Shown here in pieces: positions 59,476 through 64,000 of a stretch of 64,000 nucleotides of DNA. The stretch lies in the IMG/VR virus record IMGVR_UViG_3300042923_001201, positions 30,473 to 94,472 of that record; one strand, written 5' to 3'. The notes beneath the pieces were generated by a model. It was not told the DNA's origin, searched no databases, and worked only from the letters and a program-made list of their open reading frames with translations. This stretch comes from a virus. The translations under genes were made by a program, and so were the position numbers. Numbering within the stretch: the stretch's first letter is position 1; each line of letters begins with the position of its first letter.

Positions 59476-60411
59476 ATTAGACTACTCCTTGTTCAATCAT
59501 ACCTTCTAAAATATCTTTTAACACATCAAGGAATAGAGCTTTGTCGTCAGGTTCGAGTGCATAAACAGCTTTACAAAGATCATTGTCGGGCCATTGTCTG
59601 TGTACTTTTCCATCCATAATTTGAGCAACAAGTGATACATTATCAAATGATTCCTGATCAGTTTTACCTTTAATATTCTCCAATAGTGCAATACATTTTA
59701 AAATTCCGTTTTGCATAAAATAGTCTCCTTTATTCCATTGATAGGTCTTCATCTGAATAATTAGTAGCAAGAGTATTAATCATATTATTTATATGATTAT
59801 GGTAATCATTCTCGCTCCTTTTTATTTCTTTATCTAAATCTATCATAAGTTTGAATTTTTTAACAACATCTTCATATTTATTTGCGCTAACTTCATTCCA
59901 CTCATCTTTCCAAGGACCATATGATCGAGAAAATTTAACAACCTTGCCATTTTTTATAGACAGATCTTTTAATTCATAACTTTTAATTCCGAAAATAATA
60001 AGTAATTGACCAAATATCTCTTTTTTCTTTTTTAAAGAAAGATTACTTATATTCATCAATATACCTCACTTTAAATAAAATTCAAATTTTATATCTAATA
60101 TTAGCTAAATTAACCCATATCTGGTATGGCCTGGTAGGTTTGACTATTAATCAATGAGGCCTTTTTCCTTCAAATCTGATAAAATAAGATCTAGATCAAG
60201 TTGGATGATCTGGTAGTCACCTTTTTTAATTTTAACCTGTTTATACTTGCCATCTTCACGAACCCAGTTTTCTTTTTGTCCAATTGAGCGACTGAGTGTT
60301 TCAGGACTCATGAATGCTGCTTGATTTTTTGCACCTGTTACCAATTTACCTTGCTTGACTGCAATAAAGATACTTGACATAATTATTTCCTCCTATAATT
60401 TATGATGTTTC

Positions 60412-60478
60412 ATTATACACAAAACGTAGAAAAATGTAACCACTAATGGTTTACAATTTAAAATTTTTCTAATATAAT
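60412..60478. promoter_or_regulatory. Back-to-back divergent promoters at the strand switch
   Basis: Minus: GTTACA (60435-60440)-N17-TATAAT (60412-60417). Plus: TTTACA (60450-60455)-N17-TATAAT (60473-60478). Confidence 0.75.
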
Positions 60479-60513
60479 GATGCATCAAACAAAATCGAAT
60501 GGAGGTAATACTT

Positions 60514-60801
60514 ATGCTATTAGGAAAATATTATGTATCTGATCATGCGAAGAAACAATACAGTGACCGTGTTTATTATAAAGGTTCGGTAGAACAATCA
60601 ATTAAAAATGATTTAAGAACACTTAATATTAGAAATATAGTTCGAACTGAAACTTGTATCCACGTATTTACAAAAAATTCGAAAGAATTTATATTCTTGA
60701 AGCGAAAGAATACTGATACACTTTGTCTTAAAACAATAATTAAACGAAATGCTGAAGATAACAAGAGAACCATAGAAAAACGTAAAGCTCTGGTCAAATG
60801 A
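60514..60801 (+). CDS. Small basic protein, possible RelE-like RNase fold
   Basis: SDHAKKQY.DR..FIF...LKTII; similar pattern to 5069-5347. Confidence 0.35.
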   Translation: MLLGKYYVSDHAKKQYSDRVYYKGSVEQSIKNDLRTLNIRNIVRTETCIHVFTKNSKEFIFLKRKNTDTLCLKTIIKRNAEDNKRTIEKRKALVK

Positions 60802-60897
60802 CCAGGGTTTTTATTTTGTGGAATTTGTTGGAATAAATGTTTAAAACTCATCATATTATATATCATGAACCAAAATGGAACTATAGGAGGAATGTAA

Positions 60898-61764
60898 ATG
60901 TCATTTCAAGTATTAGGAATAGACCCAGGCAACTATAAAACAAAAATAGTTCATGAATCTGGTTTGGATCAGTTTCTTAGTCCGATTGGCGAATGGCGAA
61001 AAAGAAATGCTGGTGAAAGTCACTCAAAGTTAGATATGGAATTTGAAATTGTAAACAAATACGATTCATTCCGTGGATTTTGTGGACCTCTTGCAAGTAT
61101 TGAATCTGAATATGGTGGAACAGTATTCGGCTCTACAAAAAATCATATCGACGCAAAGACAAGAACTCTTTTAGCAATTCATCGCAATTTACAACAACAA
61201 GATGTAAAGATTGTAGTTGGACAACCTTACAAAGGTCATACTGATACTGAAAAGGAAGAAATTATTAGTAGTCTTATGGGTGAGTGGACTGTAACCATAA
61301 ATGGCAATAAGAAAGAATTTGTTATATCAGATGTCTCTGTTGGTATTGAAGGAGCAATGGCATTCTTATCTGCACCATTCTCAGGACCCGTCAATATTAT
61401 AGATGTAGGTAGTGGTACTGTAAACTGCATACATTTTAATGATAAAAGAATAGTAGATTTAAGATCAGATACTTTACTATTCGGTTCCGAAACTAATAAG
61501 GATGGTGTTAACTTTGAGGGAATGGCGAGTGGTATATTCAAAGGTATGAGTGCAAGGTGGAATAAAGATCACCCTACCTTTGTATGTGGTGGTACTGCGA
61601 AGGATATGGTTATGCCACTTAAACGATATTATAAATCTGCTGAGGTCCTACCATGTCGTGCAAATATAAATGGCATAAAGATATCTGTTGATGTTGAATA
61701 TGCTAATGCGGTAGGAATGTATATTGCAGGAGTAAAGAACTATGCCAAACTACAAGTCAGTTAA
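60898..61764 (+). CDS. parM: ParM/StbA actin-like partition ATPase
   Basis: GIDPGNYKTK, VGQP, IEG, IDVGSGTVN, CGG, ANAVG. Confidence 0.9.
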   Translation: MSFQVLGIDPGNYKTKIVHESGLDQFLSPIGEWRKRNAGESHSKLDMEFEIVNKYDSFRGFCGPLASIESEYGGTVFGSTKNHIDAKTRTLLAIHRNLQQQDVKIVVGQPYKGHTDTEKEEIISSLMGEWTVTINGNKKEFVISDVSVGIEGAMAFLSAPFSGPVNIIDVGSGTVNCIHFNDKRIVDLRSDTLLFGSETNKDGVNFEGMASGIFKGMSARWNKDHPTFVCGGTAKDMVMPLKRYYKSAEVLPCRANINGIKISVDVEYANAVGMYIAGVKNYAKLQVS

Positions 61765-62044
61765 AATTATATTTGATCTTGAAGATGAACATCAAAAAAT
61801 GTTATATGAGTTCCTAAAGAAAAGATCTAATCGTAGCTCATATATACGCACACTATTATATAATGCAAAGCGTGAAGGTAAAGTTGAACCTATTCCTTTT
61901 GATGATCAGACTACACAAATTTTAAATACAGAAGTTCAAAGAACTATATCATCTCAACCCATTCGGATTAAAGTTAACTCAGTTCCTATTGTTACTGAAC
62001 AAGTCATTGACGATGAAGATATTATATTGGACGGATTACTTTAG
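61742..62044 (+). CDS. ParR-like ribbon-helix-helix adaptor
   Basis: IIFDL.DE.Q..LYE......N.SSYIR.L; overlaps the parM stop. Confidence 0.7.
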   Translation: MPNYKSVKIIFDLEDEHQKMLYEFLKKRSNRSSYIRTLLYNAKREGKVEPIPFDDQTTQILNTEVQRTISSQPIRIKVNSVPIVTEQVIDDEDIILDGLL

Positions 62045-62072
62045 GATGTGGTCGCCGAACCACTCCTTTTTC
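62043..62072 (+). terminator. Terminator of the parMR operon
   Basis: AGGA-T-GTGGT-cgccga-ACCAC-TCCT followed by TTTT. Confidence 0.7.
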
Positions 62073-62219
62073 TTTTGTCCTCTAGATTATCTGAGTGTAA
62101 CGAAGATAATCTATTATTTAATATAGTATTAGTATATAGATAATAGAACCATAATGATTTGTTTTTATATTATACATATGGCAGACCTCATTGTAAACCA
62201 CAAATTTTAATTAAAATAG

Positions 62220-62248
62220 TTGACAGTTCGCAAACAGTCTAATATAAT
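62220..62248 (+). promoter_or_regulatory. Perfect consensus sigma-A promoter
   Basis: TTGACA-N17-TATAAT upstream of 62285-62557. Confidence 0.85.
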
Positions 62249-62284
62249 ATTGTATCGCCGAATAAATACGAATGGAGAATGTAA

Positions 62285-62557
62285 ATGAAAAAATATTGGT
62301 TCATGGGTCCTATTAGATTTACAAAAGGTTTATATTATGACAACCATAGTGAAAAATCTATACTTCGTAACATGGTTATTACTGATGAATATTTAAACTA
62401 TCTTGGAGATGAATTTCAAACCACTTGTGCTAAACATGAAAGAGGATGGTCATTTGATTCATGGTGTCATGAAGTAGTTGGTATGGATATTACTTCATCA
62501 TATTATAGAGTTAAACTTTCTGAACTACCGTATGCCAATAAAAAGAAAAGAAAATAA
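62285..62557 (+). CDS. Hypothetical protein
   Basis: 90-aa ORF with RBS GGAG and a consensus promoter. Confidence 0.65.
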   Translation: MKKYWFMGPIRFTKGLYYDNHSEKSILRNMVITDEYLNYLGDEFQTTCAKHERGWSFDSWCHEVVGMDITSSYYRVKLSELPYANKKKRK

Positions 62558-62608
62558 AAACTACCCCGTATAGTATTTTAGTATAGCCCCGTCAGATTTT
62601 TTGGACTA

Positions 62609-62644
62609 AGGAGGTCTCACTTGACACTAGAGGAGGTCTCACTT
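62609..62644 (+). repeat. 14-bp direct repeat with 22-bp period
   Basis: AGGAGGTCTCACTT at 62609-62622 and 62631-62644. Confidence 0.85.
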
Positions 62645-63140
62645 CGTGTCTATATAATGGGGCAGCCCCACCTAGCAAATAAGTTTCCTAAAGAAAGGAA
62701 AACAAAAAGTCCTAGCTGTTTTTAAAACCTCTAGAACTTTTTTTCGTCAAAATCTTGAGTTTTTACTATTTTTGTTTCTTAACAATAAACATTAAGTATA
62801 TAGATATTATTACTAAAATCAAAGATCTTGTATATAGTGCTTCTCTTTCACTTTCTATAAAAATAGGAACAAAAATAAAAAAAATAGTGATCAATAATAA
62901 AATTATGACTGTAATTGTTTGTCTGTACTTTTTCACTTTTAACTTCCTTTTCTTTTTTTAAATTTTATTATTTATTTAAAACTTATGTAAACTTTTAAAA
63001 TTTAAATAATTAAACTTTAAAAAATATTTTTTATAAATACTTATCATCAACACCCAACTTGCTACTAGCTAGATAGGGCTTTCCAATAAATACATATACG
63101 AAGCTCCTATAGCTCCAGCTTGCAGAAATCTCCCATTTTC

Positions 63141-63366
63141 ACAGTTTTCAAGGATTTTTCCTCAGCACAACAGTTTTTTGCAATTTCATAAGTGTTGCCC
63201 AACTGCAAAGATGTTAATTTGTCACAAATATGTTTCCTTACTGCAACAAACTTAAAACTGAAACATTTTTAACTGACTGCAACATTTTTTCGAGGTCTTA
63301 AAAATTGTTTCCTAACTGAAACTCTTTTCACTTGCGTAAACAGTCTTTCATCATCAACAGTTTTCA
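63141..63366. repeat. Array of ACTG(C/A)AAC and ACAGT(T/C)TT motifs with TGTTKC-N6-GMAA dyads
   Basis: ACTGMAA at 63202, 63240, 63257, 63276, 63315; inverted cores ACAGT(T/C)TT at 63141, 63170, 63340, 63357. Confidence 0.7.
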
Positions 63367-63459
63367 CTCAGGGAAACTCTTGCTCGCAACTATCCTTACA
63401 TTAAGGTCGTGTTCCTTATATAAACATTATATCATACGACAAAATTTCTTGTAAATAGA

Positions 63460-63823
63460 GAGTTCTAGGTCTACAAAAGGTTGAGCTTCTTTACGAAAGG
63501 TTATGCTTAAAATGTAAATTCCTCATTTCACGTCCTTTTAAATTTGAATACATATATATACGATTCGCGTTAAAATTTGACCAGGAAGGAACCAGTAATG
63601 TCACACATCATTTCCATATACAATCACATGTACAAACAATTCAAACAACAGTCGAACCTTTTTCTACACCTATGATTAAATCAATGTATTCATATACGAC
63701 AAAACAAATTGAGTGGTTTAAAACAGGAATATGAGGCATCCTCCCTAAAGCTCTTGAATATTCCTTCCGTGTACGATGATACACGAACTTTTAAATAAGG
63801 AGGACTCATCTAAAAGACTGCAT
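63460..63823 (-). ncRNA. Candidate structured non-coding RNA
   Basis: Promoter TTTACA-N17-TATAAT with extended TG at 63830-63858; no credible ORF; long 5' stem 63731-63809 with G-U pairs only in the minus orientation. The 3' end is a guess. Confidence 0.45.
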
Positions 63824-63860
63824 CAATTTATTATATCATAAGGCTTTTAAACTGTAAACA

Positions 63861-63886
63861 AAAAAATCTCCCAATCGGGAGACTTT
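63861..63886. terminator. Terminator ending a minus-strand gene cut by the window edge (stop at 63909-63911)
   Basis: AAAAAATCTCCC-aatc-GGGAGACTTTT. Confidence 0.7.
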
Positions 63887-64000
63887 TAAAGGATTTTCCT
63901 ATTGACATTTACATCATAAATTTTCGTACTTGCTCCCTATAAATATCGCAATCAATACCATCCTCATTCGCTTTCATATACAGTTCATACAGGCTATCAG

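Noticed and set aside
62966-62993. TTATGTAAACT, identical to the right arm of the B. subtilis dif site
   Set aside because: The left arm at the correct spacing does not match, and an AT-rich 11-mer is plausible by chance here.
63141-63366. Repeat array as a CRISPR or mini-CRISPR
   Set aside because: Repeats are 8-18 bp, degenerate and in both orientations, with no regular spacers and no cas genes.
63640-63739. 32-codon minus-strand ORF (MPHIPVLN...) inside the candidate ncRNA, as a type I toxin
   Set aside because: The SD-like AGGGAGG abuts the ATG with no spacing and the peptide lacks a clear TM helix.
1-64000. tRNA or rRNA genes
   Set aside because: No cloverleaf with a T-loop motif or rRNA-like segment was recognised by eye; tRNAscan-SE would settle it.

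Overview
This 64 kb window is part of a large, AT-rich, SPbeta/Tsamsa-like phage of a spore-forming Bacillales host. The endolysin tail and the tail-fibre repeats point to Paenibacillaceae, which is an inference. A Xer-type recombinase and a ParM/ParR pair suggest a temperate or phage-plasmid lifestyle. Layout: + strand 1-4.5 kb holds the tail fibre end, two holins, an M15 endolysin, a tyrosine recombinase and a GH26-PA14 mannanase. The - strand block at 4.6-60.4 kb holds a SASP, RtcB, a sigma factor, ligase, an SPbeta-type replisome (PolIII alpha, primase, helicase, RecJ, SSB), a type IIA topoisomerase and nucleotide metabolism genes. The + strand at 60.5-62.6 kb holds parMR, followed by a structured ORF-free region of about 1.3 kb. 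Best candidate new system: a cytosine-hypermodification pathway made of a dCMP-type thymidylate-synthase homologue, a dNMP kinase, a dCTPase-like enzyme, a kinase/phosphatase/nucleotidyltransferase NDP-sugar module, two T4-BGT-like glycosyltransferases and a C5-methyltransferase fold with degenerate SAM motifs. Other highlights: an unannotated 46-aa ArfA-like ribosome-rescue gene, a T3 gp5.9-like small ORF, NARP1 and NADAR-like anti-defence genes, two Rok-like proteins, a sigma-G-type promoter and 5' hairpin on the SASP gene, two promoter classes, terminators with a -10 box in the loop, a candidate ori/centromere array and a candidate structured ncRNA. All family calls come from motif recognition by eye; no database searches were run.
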